This document shows, piece by piece, positions 1-10,231 of a DNA stretch of 62,017 nucleotides (position 1 is the stretch's first letter; each line of letters opens with the position of its first letter). The stretch comes from a virus (taxonomy: Duplodnaviria > Caudoviricetes), in the IMG/VR virus record IMGVR_UViG_3300038530_002154, positions 1-62,017 of that record; one strand, 5' to 3'. The notes beneath the pieces were generated by a model. That model was not told where the DNA came from, searched no databases, and was given only the letters and a program-made list of their open reading frames with translations. The translations under genes and the position numbers were made by a program.

Positions 1-863
1 ATTTGGCTAAAACTTCCCCTATTGTCATATCTTGCAAAGTTAAGTTTTATTTTTGATTTATTTTTAACGGGCTGATACATGCCTCTTTGGTTTGCCATTA
101 TAGCTAAACCTGAGCTAATTGATGCATCAAACTTTGTTCTATTGTTAATATTAAACCTTGCCCAATCAGTCAATGTTCTAGTAAAATACATGGAGCCCAT
201 TGCATCAGAGTCTCTGAAAGTTCCTAAAAAATCTATTCCTACGTGCTTTTCAATAAAAGATTCTATTGCAGCTGCATGAGCTTGCTTGATGTCTTCACTA
301 GAGTTAGGTATTCCACCTAATTCTTTTTCTGATCTTGAAAGTTTGTTGTAAACCTTGTCAGGTCTATTCATTGAGTAGCCCCTGTATCCTCGATTTTTAA
401 AATGATACAACAGTCTTGGCTTGTTGTTTTCTATTAATATCGGCATCCCATAAAATACACATGCCATCAAAACATCCTCAAAAAATATTTCAGCAGTTTG
501 TGGCCTTGCAATATATTCTAAAAAAAATTCATTTGTTGGCCCCTCATCCATGTGAAATTTTGTCATTCCGTGCAATGCACCATTAGAGCCTCCACCGCCA
601 ACTGTACCTGAAATGTCATAACTATCACAACCAAAAGATCCCATGTGCTCATTACCAGGGTATTTTGATCCTTTTTTATATATAGTTTTATTTTGTAAAT
701 GTTTATTAGGCGTCCATGAAACATAAAATCTTCCACGATCATTAGGACTAAATATAACTTCGGTATCTTTTACTCCGTTTTTCCAAGAAAAAGAACCTCT
801 AGTAATTACCTGGTCTTTGATTAAGGATTCATTATAATCTATTTGTTGATATATTTTTTGTAG
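1..863. repeat. Imperfect direct terminal repeat, copy A (matches 61155-62017)
   Basis: Colinear without gaps at offset 61154. First 77 and last 56 nt identical; scattered, mostly synonymous substitutions in between. Confidence 0.97.
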
Positions 864-2213
864 ATTAAATAGTGACTGCTTACTCTCATCTCTAAATGCA
901 TGATTCTCAGATCTTGGGAATTGTCTATAAAATTCATTCAAAGCATCGGGATCATTTTTTAAAGACTCAACTTCATTTTCCCAATAATCAATAGCGCCTT
1001 GAGTTACATAGTCACCATATACATCTATAATGCTTTCTTTAGGATTTCTAAATACAGGCATACCATGTCTGTCTATAAAACCTTCCATATTCCACTCCAT
1101 AGGAATAAACAAGCTATATAGACCGCTTTTTGTTTGTCCATTTGCATTTCTATTATTTATGTCGGAATCATAAAATAGTTTTTTAAAACTATCACCTCCT
1201 TTTTCAAGAGAATTAGAGGTGCTTCCCATCATACATTTACCGATAATTTTACTTCCCAATCTTAAGCAAGTTTTGGTTACTCTCCAGTTATTTAAGATAT
1301 TATTTGGTCGTTCCCATTTTCCAGATTCATCATGTACTAAAAGTTTTAGTTTTTCTCCATCATAACTATTGTCTCCTGTATTTTTCCAATCAATGGTAGT
1401 GTCTAACCCTTCTACCATTTCAACCTCTTCAGTATACATATTTTTCTTTGTAATCTTTGAAGCGGGTACCCTAAAAGCTAGTTCTGTTTTTGGCTTATCC
1501 ATACCATCTTGAACGGGTTTAAAAAAGAAGGGGTAGTTGTTTGCAATAGGAACCACCTTGTCGGTAAACATTTTTTTCGCATCTCCTCCTGTTTTCGAAA
1601 GTATACCTATTCTAGAGTCTTTTGATATGGTGGCTATGTTTGCACACTCTTCGCTTCCCATGTAAGAAAACCCTGAACGCCTAATTTTTAAATAGCAAAT
1701 TCCAAATGATCTTTTGTCTGCTTTGCAGGCCTCCCAATATATATAAAATAATCTATTTGCTTCTCGATAGTTTGGATAACCAATATCTATTTTCGTCCAT
1801 TGCAAATACATGTAATGTGATCCTGTTATATAGGTTTTAATACCATTGTTGTAAAACCAAAAACCGTCTTCTCTTCTGTCAAATTCAGTTTCTATGTAGT
1901 CAACCCATTTGTCCTTGAAAGTGCTTGGTGCTGAGTGCCAATTGAATATTGATTTGATGCGGAATAACTCTTGGGGATATTCAAATCTTTCCCAATACTG
2001 CTCATTTTTTTTAGCAGACCTTTTATAGATTTTAACTGGAGCTTTTGGTAAGGCAATCTTAAGACCGTTGATTTGAATAATGTTTTCAATCTTTCCTGAT
2101 TTTGATATAACTACAATATCATATTTTTCATTATAACCATAATCCCATGCTTTAGCTTTATTTTTAACCGCCAACACGCTATTAGGAATATAATTTTCTA
2201 ATACACTATACAA
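1..2213 (-). CDS. terL: Terminase large subunit (runs off window start; about 740 aa when circularised; absent from ORF track)
   Basis: Manual translation gives Walker A GICYLKIRRSGFS (~1670-1705), Walker B KLLVHDESG (~1321-1350), coupling motif MGSTSN and nuclease GCDSYD. TTG start at 2213 is inferred. Confidence 0.92.
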   Translation of the reverse strand, partial: MYSVLENYIPNSVLAVKNKAKAWDYGYNEKYDIVVISKSGKIENIIQINGLKIALPKAPVKIYKRSAKKNEQYWERFEYPQELFRIKSIFNWHSAPSTFKDKWVDYIETEFDRREDGFWFYNNGIKTYITGSHYMYLQWTKIDIGYPNYREANRLFYIYWEACKADKRSFGICYLKIRRSGFSYMGSEECANIATISKDSRIGILSKTGGDAKKMFTDKVVPIANNYPFFFKPVQDGMDKPKTELAFRVPASKITKKNMYTEEVEMVEGLDTTIDWKNTGDNSYDGEKLKLLVHDESGKWERPNNILNNWRVTKTCLRLGSKIIGKCMMGSTSNSLEKGGDSFKKLFYDSDINNRNANGQTKSGLYSLFIPMEWNMEGFIDRHGMPVFRNPKESIIDVYGDYVTQGAIDYWENEVESLKNDPDALNEFYRQFPRSENHAFRDESKQSLFNLQKIYQQIDYNESLIKDQVITRGSFSWKNGVKDTEVIFSPNDRGRFYVSWTPNKHLQNKTIYKKGSKYPGNEHMGSFGCDSYDISGTVGGGGSNGALHGMTKFHMDEGPTNEFFLEYIARPQTAEIFFEDVLMACVFYGMPILIENNKPRLLYHFKNRGYRGYSMNRPDKVYNKLSRSEKELGGIPNSSEDIKQAHAAAIESFIEKHVGIDFLGTFRDSDAMGSMYFTRTLTDWARFNINNRTKFDASISSGLAIMANQRGMYQPVKNKSKIKLNFARYDNRGSFSQ

Positions 2214-2214
2214 T

Positions 2215-2490
2215 TTATTTTGATCTTCTTTCTGCAAAACCTCTTAATGTGTTATCTTTTTTTTTAGTTGTTTCCTCACCTAATAATTCTTTTTCAGATT
2301 CTATTCTAGAAAGTATTTCAAAGGCATCAAATATTGCTAATTTTTTGGTGGCTGCTGCATTTTTTAATCTATCAGCAGCCAACTCATCATTTGGATCTGG
2401 CTTTATAATATCTTCTTTAGCTACTTTAATCAATTGAGATACAGCTTTATGACCTGCTTCAATTATTTTTAGTTTTAATTCTTTACTCAT
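2215..2490 (-). CDS. Probable terminase small subunit
   Basis: 91-aa helical protein directly upstream of terL; call rests on position. Confidence 0.55.
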   Translation of the reverse strand: MSKELKLKIIEAGHKAVSQLIKVAKEDIIKPDPNDELAADRLKNAAATKKLAIFDAFEILSRIESEKELLGEETTKKKDNTLRGFAERRSK

Positions 2491-3049
2491 ATATCAAAGT
2501 TATATTATTTGTAAACATTCTATAAAGCTTTTCTCCATCAACATTATATTCATATTCGCTGTCAGGTTGAAAAGATATTAAATCTCCTTCTTTTACTCCT
2601 TTTTTTTCTAACTGTTTGTTAGAATATTTTACTATTCCTGTCAACGGCTCTTCCTCTACATGAGTTTTTAAATAAATATCTTTTTTCTCAATAGGTTTTA
2701 TCATGCAATATTTATCGTGACACTTCCATATATCATTACTTTTGTACATATAAAATTGATCAAAATCAATAAAGAATAAATCGTCTTTGAAAAAACTTTT
2801 ACCGCTTTTTTCTCTACCTTTCATGTCATTGTAATATTTAAAAACATTGTGGTGAACAAGTAGTGTATCACCAATCGAAACCTCTCCTTTATATCCTATA
2901 GGAAGTTCTTTAACAATGGCATATCTATTAGAAACAGTATGATCTTCTTTGGAGCTGCTAATTATAAAATCTACACTTCCAATTTTTTTAGTATTATCAT
3001 ACCTCTTACCATTGTAAGCCTGTACAATGAAATAAAAAGGTGATCTCAT
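2483..3049 (-). CDS. Tandem GroES-like (co-chaperonin fold) protein
   Basis: Two GroES-type halves: AIVKELP..EVSIGDTLLV and TGIVKY..GVKEGDLISF..EYEYNVDGEKLYRM. Confidence 0.6.
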   Translation of the reverse strand: MRSPFYFIVQAYNGKRYDNTKKIGSVDFIISSSKEDHTVSNRYAIVKELPIGYKGEVSIGDTLLVHHNVFKYYNDMKGREKSGKSFFKDDLFFIDFDQFYMYKSNDIWKCHDKYCMIKPIEKKDIYLKTHVEEEPLTGIVKYSNKQLEKKGVKEGDLISFQPDSEYEYNVDGEKLYRMFTNNITLIYE

Positions 3050-3276
3050 TCAAAATTTATATTATACTCTATTGAAATAGGCATATTACTATTAAACTCT
3101 TTCCACAAAAATATCTCTTGGTTGTCGTTTTCAACCCATATTTTTATTGAGTCAGATTCTGAATCATGTTTTATTAAGTGTATGTGATATTGAGAACCAA
3201 GAACAACCTGGTCTACTATATAGTGCATAGCGCTAGACTTGTAGTCTGCTCCTATCGAAATTTTTCTTATATCCAT
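3046..3276 (-). CDS. Hypothetical beta-rich protein
   Basis: 76 aa, ATGA-coupled to the downstream gene. Confidence 0.8.
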   Translation of the reverse strand: MDIRKISIGADYKSSAMHYIVDQVVLGSQYHIHLIKHDSESDSIKIWVENDNQEIFLWKEFNSNMPISIEYNINFE

Positions 3277-3299
3277 TATAATTTAATTTTATTATCATA

Positions 3300-4400
3300 T
3301 TAAAAGTAATGAGGAGTTATTTGCGTATTTACATCTCCATTTGAGTCAATACCTAACTCGTACTCTCCATTTTTTGTTTCCTCGTAATTTATTATTGAAT
3401 TCGAAGGGCCAATTGTGTTAATTCTTTTTATGTATTTAGCTCCCGCAGAGTTTGATAAAGGAGTTGTTAATGATTGGTTAGTGTAAAACTTCTGTACCGC
3501 CATTGGAAGGGGTTCTGCTGCGTAAGCATTAACCACAGTTGAGGTGTTAGATCCACTGGAGACATGATATGCATAACCTGTATTTTGGCCATCATATAGG
3601 CTTTCCATGTATATTTCAGCTGTAAAATCTTGATTATTTTGATAACTATTACAACCTCCCCCTGAAGATTTCCAAGAACCAATTATTATCCTATATTCTC
3701 CTACTGTGTCAAAGCAAAAAAATCTACTTACAGTCATAGGGGCAGTTAAGAAATTAGTTGTCACAAGTGCACCACAACCTCCAAAACCACCTGGTGTTGT
3801 GGGACAATTAAAATTATTTTTATATAAGCCTAATGGCTGTGGCACGCTTTGAACGTGAAATCCGTGATTTGTGTTATTCGTCATACTAACTCCCGCCATG
3901 TTTGTAGCAACAGTCCAGTTTTGTGTTGAATCGGGCCTTGTTTGAACTACAATCCCGCCTGCTAATCCGTTTCCATTTTGATTTCCTGCAATTTGCATGT
4001 TTACTTCTAACGAAAAAGCTCCCTGTGTTTGAGAAGTTTGGTATTGGTCACCAAAATTACTAGCAAAATATTGAGGTTGTGATGAACACTTGTCTTTTAC
4101 TGTGCTTCCGTTTAGTGTGGTAGGCACTGTAAATGACGCTCCTGTAACCGAAGATAAAGCTCCTGCTTGGGGGTTTTGTAAATTCACCAAGTTTTGAGTA
4201 GCCCATATTGCCTGTGCCATCTCTAAATTTAGTGAATTGCTCTGATATGGTATAAAATTTAAATCCGTTACAGGTCTATTAGCCTGTACTACTGGCCACA
4301 CTTGTGTTGCTCCCTGATATATTTTAGAGACATTATCGGAGCCTACTTTTATATTTCCAAATGAAGGTGTAATTCCATTTACTTTAAAATCTGAGGCCAT
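3300..4400 (-). CDS. Distal fibre / receptor-binding subunit
   Basis: N-terminal NIKVGSDNVSKIYQGATQVW motif, typical of genes that follow fibres ending in LTQAEY..A....MYVI; rich in G, S, T and N. Confidence 0.6.
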   Translation of the reverse strand: MASDFKVNGITPSFGNIKVGSDNVSKIYQGATQVWPVVQANRPVTDLNFIPYQSNSLNLEMAQAIWATQNLVNLQNPQAGALSSVTGASFTVPTTLNGSTVKDKCSSQPQYFASNFGDQYQTSQTQGAFSLEVNMQIAGNQNGNGLAGGIVVQTRPDSTQNWTVATNMAGVSMTNNTNHGFHVQSVPQPLGLYKNNFNCPTTPGGFGGCGALVTTNFLTAPMTVSRFFCFDTVGEYRIIIGSWKSSGGGCNSYQNNQDFTAEIYMESLYDGQNTGYAYHVSSGSNTSTVVNAYAAEPLPMAVQKFYTNQSLTTPLSNSAGAKYIKRINTIGPSNSIINYEETKNGEYELGIDSNGDVNTQITPHYF

Positions 4401-4409
4401 AAAAATATT

Positions 4410-7400
4410 TTAAATTATTACATACATTCTGTCGGCTAGTGGGCTTACAATTGCGTTATACTCTGCCTGAGTAAGAGTTACAATTTCTTTCACCGCTGTA
4501 GTTGATGACGATACTGTACCAGAACCTACTTTGTCTTGAAATGTATTATAGTCAGTTTGAGACAAATATCCATCTTGGCCTGCAGTTGCAACAGGAAGCG
4601 TTATATTCGGTGTTGCTCCTCCTGAGGATGCTAATGGGGCTGATGCCGTAACATCTGTAACCGTACCTGCGTTTGATGTATACCCCGCTGGGTTAGTTGC
4701 ATTGTATGGAGTAAATCCTAGTGCTCCTGTTACTGCTCCGCTTGTTAAACTTCCACTTAAAGTTATTGTTGGTGTAGTTGGATCATTATCACTTGTGATA
4801 CTAAGTCCTGCTACAGTGCCTGTTGCTGATACATCAGTAACTGTTCCGCCTCCACCTGAAGCTCCTGTAATAGTAACTGTTTTAACTCCTCCGTTAGCTG
4901 TTACTGCTGTTGTTACCGTACCCGCTCCAAGGAACCTTACTTCATCTGCATCATCTATTGTTTGTTGATTTCCTCCATCTCCTTCAATTACAAAATCATA
5001 ATTGTTTACTGCTGGGAAAGTTACTAAGTTTCCTTCACCATTAACATATTCACTTGATTGTCCATCAAATGAAAGTTGTAATGTTCCATTTGCTGTTATT
5101 GTATTTCCTGAAGTTGCATTTCCATCTGAAGCTAATGAAATACTTGTGATTCCACCGCCTCCACCTGTACCATTCGATGCTGCAGTTATTCTTCCTTGAT
5201 CATCTACCGTAATGTCTGCGTTTGTATAACTTCCTGCGGTTACTGCTGTGTCCTCAAGGGTAACAGTCACACCTAATGGCGATGCTGAAACGCTTGTGTC
5301 AATACCTGTTCCTCCTGATACTAAAAGCGTACTTCCACTGTTAACAGGTACAGGGTTTGTTGTTCCTGAGTCTGCTCCTAAGTTTAAAACAAAAGAACCT
5401 CCGCCTCCACCACCTGATATTGGGTTGACTGAAGATCCACTTCCTGTATTTATCTGAACTACTCCGTTATTAACAAATAACCCTCCTGTAGGAACTCCAC
5501 CCGCTTGTGCAGCTGCTTCGTTTGTGTAAGCAAAACCTGAAATGGTTGGCAACAATACTCTTGGTACTTGCGTCACACCACCACCTCTTGTTACTCCACC
5601 TTCTGTTATCAAAAGTGCATTAATATCATTTACCGTACCAACGCCTACTGTAAATTTAGTATATCCAAGACCTAAACTAAAGTTAGTGTTAGGATATGCT
5701 GTATTGTCGTTTCTAAATCCAATAGTCATATTTCCATCTGTACCATGCAGATTTCCACCTATCATGAATGAATTATTGGCAGGTTGTCCTGCAGGATCTA
5801 GTGATGGGCCCTCATTGTTTTCTCCAAAAGCAAACATAGAGTCTCCACCTGAAACAACATTAGAATATCCTAAAACAAATCCGTTTTGTTCTGTCGTAAC
5901 TTGGTTTTGTCCACCTGCAATAAAACTTGAATATGAATTTGTAAGGATATTTGTATTACCAATAATTGCAGATTGAACAGGTAAACTAATCGCTTGATTT
6001 ACTGTTACATCATTATTTGTTCCTAATACATATGTGCTAGAAACATCTCCAGTTAAAGAGTTGCCTTGTCCTGCTACTATTGAGTATTTAGTAAGGCTTG
6101 AAGTTGAATTGCCTAGACCTACATTTAAATTGTATGTCCCTTGTGCACCTCCCGCTCCTATGCCGTTTGGATTTGTTGAACCTAATAGTATATTATTACC
6201 ACTAATATTACCATTAGGACTTCCATTTCCTGAACTTTCATAATTTACCCAAAGTCCTCTATTTAATCGAATACCTCCACTAATTAGGTGAGCAAAATAA
6301 TTTGCCCTAAGACCTAAATCTCCTTGACCTATCGAAACTCCTCCTCCTGAACCTAAATACAATCTATTGTTTTGAGAGTTTCCTCCAATCGTAAGGTCGT
6401 TACCAACCATTACTGCTCCTAGTCTGCCTGCGTTTTCAAGGTCGTTACCAATGGCTAAGCTTTTTCTAGCTACATTGTTTGTTGTTATAGTAATTTGATT
6501 TCCTTCACCTAAAGCACCTGCGTTTCCTGATATTGTGTTTAATGCACCTATAGCAAAATTACCATTACCAGGTGTAGTTACTGCAATATCGTTTACAGAA
6601 TTTTGGAATCCTGATGTAAAATGACCAAAACCTTGGTCTTCATTAACTCTACTATTCCAGCCAATAGCTGCTGATCCTTGTGCGTTAGAAATAGTTCCAC
6701 TACCTATTGCGATAGATTGAAAAGCGGAAGCTGTACCTGTAAGCAATGCTAATGAAGAATTTCCATCAGCTTGTGCATTCGGCCCGATAGCTATTGCTTT
6801 ATCTCCTGTAGCCTCAGCTAAATATCCTATTGCAACTGAATCATCTCCGCTTGTCGAAGTCTCTGTTCCTATTGAAACACTTCTATTAGTATTTGTTGCT
6901 GATGTAGCCTCATTTCCAATTACTATTGAATTAGCGCCTCTTGCAAAAGAATCATTACCAATAATAAAAGATTCATTCGCATTTTGATTAGCATTTCTGT
7001 TACCAATAATGTAAGATCTATTGCTAGACATTTGAACAAAATTCTCTAGTCCAAGAACAATAGAATTGTTACTGCTTCCAACCGAACCATCAGCTCCTAT
7101 GTAAACACTTCCTGTTGAGGTACTATCTACAATTGCTCCACTACCTATAGCAACACTATCGGCTGCTTCTGCACGTGAAGATGAACCAAATGCAAAAGAA
7201 GTCGGGCCTTCTGCCTTACTTGCAGAACCTCCTGCAAAAGAAGCAGATCCGCTTGCTTCAACACTTGATCCTACAGCAAAAGATTGATCTCCTGATGCAA
7301 CTGACGCTGATCCAAGAGCAATTGATGTAAGTCCTGTCGCACTAGTTGACTTACCGAATGATAAGGCATATACTCCAGGCTTGGCATCTACACTGTCTCC

Positions 7401-9128
7401 ACCACCTTCTAAACTTCCATAAAGTTTTGTTAGTTCTGTAGGGTAGTTTCCTGCCGCTGCGTTACCAATAGAAACTGTATTATCTTCAGGAGGTATGGTT
7501 GTTCCATCTGAAGAAATATTAATCTGATTATCTGCAACCCCGTTTGTGTCGTTTAGTTTCGCTCTAAAACCTAGTGCTATTGAATATCCTGCTTCAGTAA
7601 CTGAAGATCCTCCTGTGTCAGCACCTATAAACGTATTTGCATTACCCTGAACTAGATTCTCTCCTGCTCCCGATCCTAAGGCTACATTAAAATAAGTAAA
7701 TCCTGTGGTAGGGTTAAAGTCTTGTAATGCCTGATGACCAACCGCTGTTACGCCACCTTGTTGATAAGTCATTTTCTGTCCTGCACGTGAACCAATTAAT
7801 GTATGAGCCGTAGGCTTATATAATATACCTGTTGATTTTGCTGCTAAAGAAGCACCTGCATTGTAACCTACTAATGTAAGTCCAAATCCACCTGCTCTCT
7901 GTGGATCTGCAGGATCAAAATTATCAGCCAAAGCTTTTCCTGCTCCTACACCTAAAGCAACTGTTTCTGATCCTTCATATTCAGCAGGTCTTTCTCCTTG
8001 AATAAGAACACCGTTTTTAGTCAATACACCTGTGTCAGCATAATATAAAAATGGCCAACCTGCTTCAAGAGTATTAGTGTTCAGCCAATTTGTTGTGTGC
8101 CCTGCAATACCTGATCCAAATACAGTGTCTGAATTATCAATTTTATCCCAAAATACATTACCTTGTATATCCTCTGATACTATTGCCCAATCACCAACTT
8201 TCCAATCAGTAATTGTTCCGCCACTAGCATCAGGTAACGCTGCACTACCGTCTTGATTTACTATCCAATATTTTCCTGTATTAGAAGGAATAAGTTGAAT
8301 GTTTTGTAGATTTGGATTACCTCCATCTGTAGATCCTCCTTCGGCAACAGTTCTAGCATCCCATGCGGATTGAAACTCGAGTCCTGAACCTTGATAGTTC
8401 TCCCATCTTACTGTTCCATCTGGTTGAGAAACTAATACTTGCTCACCCGAACCTAACAACTCATTTTTATCATAAACTTGTGCATTTTGAAAATGCAAAG
8501 ATGTTCCAAGAAATGTAGCGCTATTTAATCGAGAGTCTCCATCAACGGTTAGGTTTTCACCTACAGTTGCAGATATTCCTACAACTAAATCTGTTCCTAC
8601 CTCAACTCGTTCAGCGACCTCTAAATTACCTGCGCCTTCACCATTGTCAATATAAACTACTTGACCTGCTACAGGAACAACTGTTACTGTAGCTCCTCCA
8701 CCTTCTCCTTGTTCAATTGTAGGAATAGTGGAACTTTTTACATAAGGGAATTTACATTGATTGGATGAAACATTAATAAGTTCTGAAGCACCCGTAGTAC
8801 AATTTGTAATTTTGAAAACTGAAGCATCTTTTCCTGCACATAATTTATATTCACTACAGCCTGTAGGAAAATTAGCAAAGTTTTGATATAATAAAGAATT
8901 TACGAGTTTGAAAGAAATTTCACCCTCGGCATTTGCTGTAAACACAGGTAGTCTCCAGGCGTTACCATCAAATGCTTCATCTATAACAAATTCAGCAATA
9001 GCTTGTAAAGTAAAAGTTTTTGTCTGCTTTTGAATTGGATTTGAATTCGCAGCAGTTCCAATCAGATAATCCGCTCCTTCAATGGGGGATTGATTGGGAT
9101 ACGATAAAGTATTGCTAATTTTGGCCAT
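4410..9128 (-). CDS. Long tail fibre/adhesin with YadA-head-like repeats
   Basis: 1572 aa; many A.G..S.A.G..S.AIG repeats, glycine-rich linkers, VDDQGRITAASNG and GTVTDV fibre motifs. Confidence 0.85.
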   Translation of the reverse strand: MAKISNTLSYPNQSPIEGADYLIGTAANSNPIQKQTKTFTLQAIAEFVIDEAFDGNAWRLPVFTANAEGEISFKLVNSLLYQNFANFPTGCSEYKLCAGKDASVFKITNCTTGASELINVSSNQCKFPYVKSSTIPTIEQGEGGGATVTVVPVAGQVVYIDNGEGAGNLEVAERVEVGTDLVVGISATVGENLTVDGDSRLNSATFLGTSLHFQNAQVYDKNELLGSGEQVLVSQPDGTVRWENYQGSGLEFQSAWDARTVAEGGSTDGGNPNLQNIQLIPSNTGKYWIVNQDGSAALPDASGGTITDWKVGDWAIVSEDIQGNVFWDKIDNSDTVFGSGIAGHTTNWLNTNTLEAGWPFLYYADTGVLTKNGVLIQGERPAEYEGSETVALGVGAGKALADNFDPADPQRAGGFGLTLVGYNAGASLAAKSTGILYKPTAHTLIGSRAGQKMTYQQGGVTAVGHQALQDFNPTTGFTYFNVALGSGAGENLVQGNANTFIGADTGGSSVTEAGYSIALGFRAKLNDTNGVADNQINISSDGTTIPPEDNTVSIGNAAAGNYPTELTKLYGSLEGGGDSVDAKPGVYALSFGKSTSATGLTSIALGSASVASGDQSFAVGSSVEASGSASFAGGSASKAEGPTSFAFGSSSRAEAADSVAIGSGAIVDSTSTGSVYIGADGSVGSSNNSIVLGLENFVQMSSNRSYIIGNRNANQNANESFIIGNDSFARGANSIVIGNEATSATNTNRSVSIGTETSTSGDDSVAIGYLAEATGDKAIAIGPNAQADGNSSLALLTGTASAFQSIAIGSGTISNAQGSAAIGWNSRVNEDQGFGHFTSGFQNSVNDIAVTTPGNGNFAIGALNTISGNAGALGEGNQITITTNNVARKSLAIGNDLENAGRLGAVMVGNDLTIGGNSQNNRLYLGSGGGVSIGQGDLGLRANYFAHLISGGIRLNRGLWVNYESSGNGSPNGNISGNNILLGSTNPNGIGAGGAQGTYNLNVGLGNSTSSLTKYSIVAGQGNSLTGDVSSTYVLGTNNDVTVNQAISLPVQSAIIGNTNILTNSYSSFIAGGQNQVTTEQNGFVLGYSNVVSGGDSMFAFGENNEGPSLDPAGQPANNSFMIGGNLHGTDGNMTIGFRNDNTAYPNTNFSLGLGYTKFTVGVGTVNDINALLITEGGVTRGGGVTQVPRVLLPTISGFAYTNEAAAQAGGVPTGGLFVNNGVVQINTGSGSSVNPISGGGGGGSFVLNLGADSGTTNPVPVNSGSTLLVSGGTGIDTSVSASPLGVTVTLEDTAVTAGSYTNADITVDDQGRITAASNGTGGGGGITSISLASDGNATSGNTITANGTLQLSFDGQSSEYVNGEGNLVTFPAVNNYDFVIEGDGGNQQTIDDADEVRFLGAGTVTTAVTANGGVKTVTITGASGGGGTVTDVSATGTVAGLSITSDNDPTTPTITLSGSLTSGAVTGALGFTPYNATNPAGYTSNAGTVTDVTASAPLASSGGATPNITLPVATAGQDGYLSQTDYNTFQDKVGSGTVSSSTTAVKEIVTLTQAEYNAIVSPLADRMYVII

Positions 9129-9132
9129 AGTA

Positions 9133-9372
9133 TTATTCTTTTTGTTTTTCTTTTTCAGATACTTCTCCTGTTTGTAAATTTATAACAGAATTTTCTCCAT
9201 AGTTTTCTAGCAACTCTTTTTCTAATTTTGCAAACTCTACTCTAATGTTTTGAACTTGTGTCAAAACTAGAGATTTTTGAATTTCTAAATCCCCTAATTG
9301 TGTTTTGAGATTTACAAAATCAGAGTTTAATTGCTGTAATTTTTCTAGTTCTACTTTCTTTACTTTTTTCAT
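9133..9372 (-). CDS. Coiled-coil protein, possible fibre assembly chaperone
   Basis: 79-aa heptad pattern ending YGENSVINLQTGEV; directly upstream of the fibre gene. Confidence 0.55.
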   Translation of the reverse strand: MKKVKKVELEKLQQLNSDFVNLKTQLGDLEIQKSLVLTQVQNIRVEFAKLEKELLENYGENSVINLQTGEVSEKEKQKE

Positions 9373-9396
9373 TGTTTTAAATTTAAGTTATTAATG

Positions 9397-9404
9397 CAAA
9401 GGTA
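9397..9404 (-). promoter_or_regulatory. Bacteroidota -7 promoter element TACCTTTG
   Basis: Matches TAnnTTTG; intergenic, 25 nt before the 9372 start. Confidence 0.7.
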
Positions 9405-9409
9405 ATCAA

Positions 9410-9805
9410 TTATTCTTTATTATTTTTTCTACCTTTCTCCCAAGACCTGCCCACAAAATATGCTCCATAAACAGTAATAAGCAAAGATTGAAATATTGGT
9501 ATATATTCTTTTGCAATTTTGAAATCCCCAATGTTGCCGTCAGTAAAACATAGGGCAGTAAAAATTACAGTTAAATATATAAGAACCATAGGCCTTATAT
9601 TTTTAGAAAGAAAGCTGTCACTTTGCATGTCATACTTCCATCTTTCACTTACTTGTAGTTGTGCTTCGCTATCTGCTTTTTCTAAGATTTCTTTAATTAA
9701 TCTTTGTGCATTAAGCTTTTCTTCTTTTGTTGTGGTGAGTTTATCTATAACATCCCCCACCTCTTTGATGACTCCGCCTGTGAGCCATTGAATTATCTTT
9801 TTCAT
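9410..9805 (-). CDS. Holin (3TM / GTA-holin-like)
   Basis: DMQSDSFLSKNIRPM motif, hydrophobic helices, YFVGRSWEK ending; adjacent to the amidase. Confidence 0.75.
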   Translation of the reverse strand: MKKIIQWLTGGVIKEVGDVIDKLTTTKEEKLNAQRLIKEILEKADSEAQLQVSERWKYDMQSDSFLSKNIRPMVLIYLTVIFTALCFTDGNIGDFKIAKEYIPIFQSLLITVYGAYFVGRSWEKGRKNNKE

Positions 9806-10227
9806 AAATTACAATATTCATTATATGCGTCAAAACATGGACAAGATTTAGCAGCAAACTCATTGTGTCCGTGAATAGTAGCTTCTGGATGTAGTTTTTT
9901 TAATACACGCAAAAGCTCCAATAAGGTTGCTATTTGTTCAGGAGTTCTTGTGTCTTTTGCTACCCAATCGCCATCGGGCCCTCTTTCAGCTTCTACTCCT
10001 CCGATATAAACAATGCCAATAGAATTTTTATTCAATCCCCTAACGTGTGCACCTGGTTGTTCCACAGGTCTACCATACTCCATCATCCCATCTAAACCGA
10101 TGACATAATGATATCCTATTCCTTTCCAGCCTCTTCGTTTGTGCCATTTATCTATAGTGGCAGCTGAAACGGGCTTGCCTTCTTGTGTTGCAGAGCAATG
10201 AATAATTATTTTATCTATGAATCTCAT
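9802..10227 (-). CDS. N-acetylmuramoyl-L-alanine amidase endolysin (T7-lysozyme-like)
   Basis: IIIHCSAT, IGYHYVI, GAHVRG.N..SIGI and GHNEF..KSCP zinc-amidase motifs. Confidence 0.95.
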   Translation of the reverse strand: MRFIDKIIIHCSATQEGKPVSAATIDKWHKRRGWKGIGYHYVIGLDGMMEYGRPVEQPGAHVRGLNKNSIGIVYIGGVEAERGPDGDWVAKDTRTPEQIATLLELLRVLKKLHPEATIHGHNEFAAKSCPCFDAYNEYCNL

Positions 10228-10231
10228 CTAC

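Noticed and set aside
79-2089. Track ORFs 79-279 (+) and 1892-2089 (-)
   Set aside because: Both are shadows inside the terL frame, which the track missed because it runs off the window start.
4702-6243. Several plus-strand Pro/Val/Thr-rich ORFs
   Set aside because: Antisense in-phase shadows of the Gly-rich fibre gene. The same applies to the antisense ORFs within groEL, the nozzle and the ejection genes.
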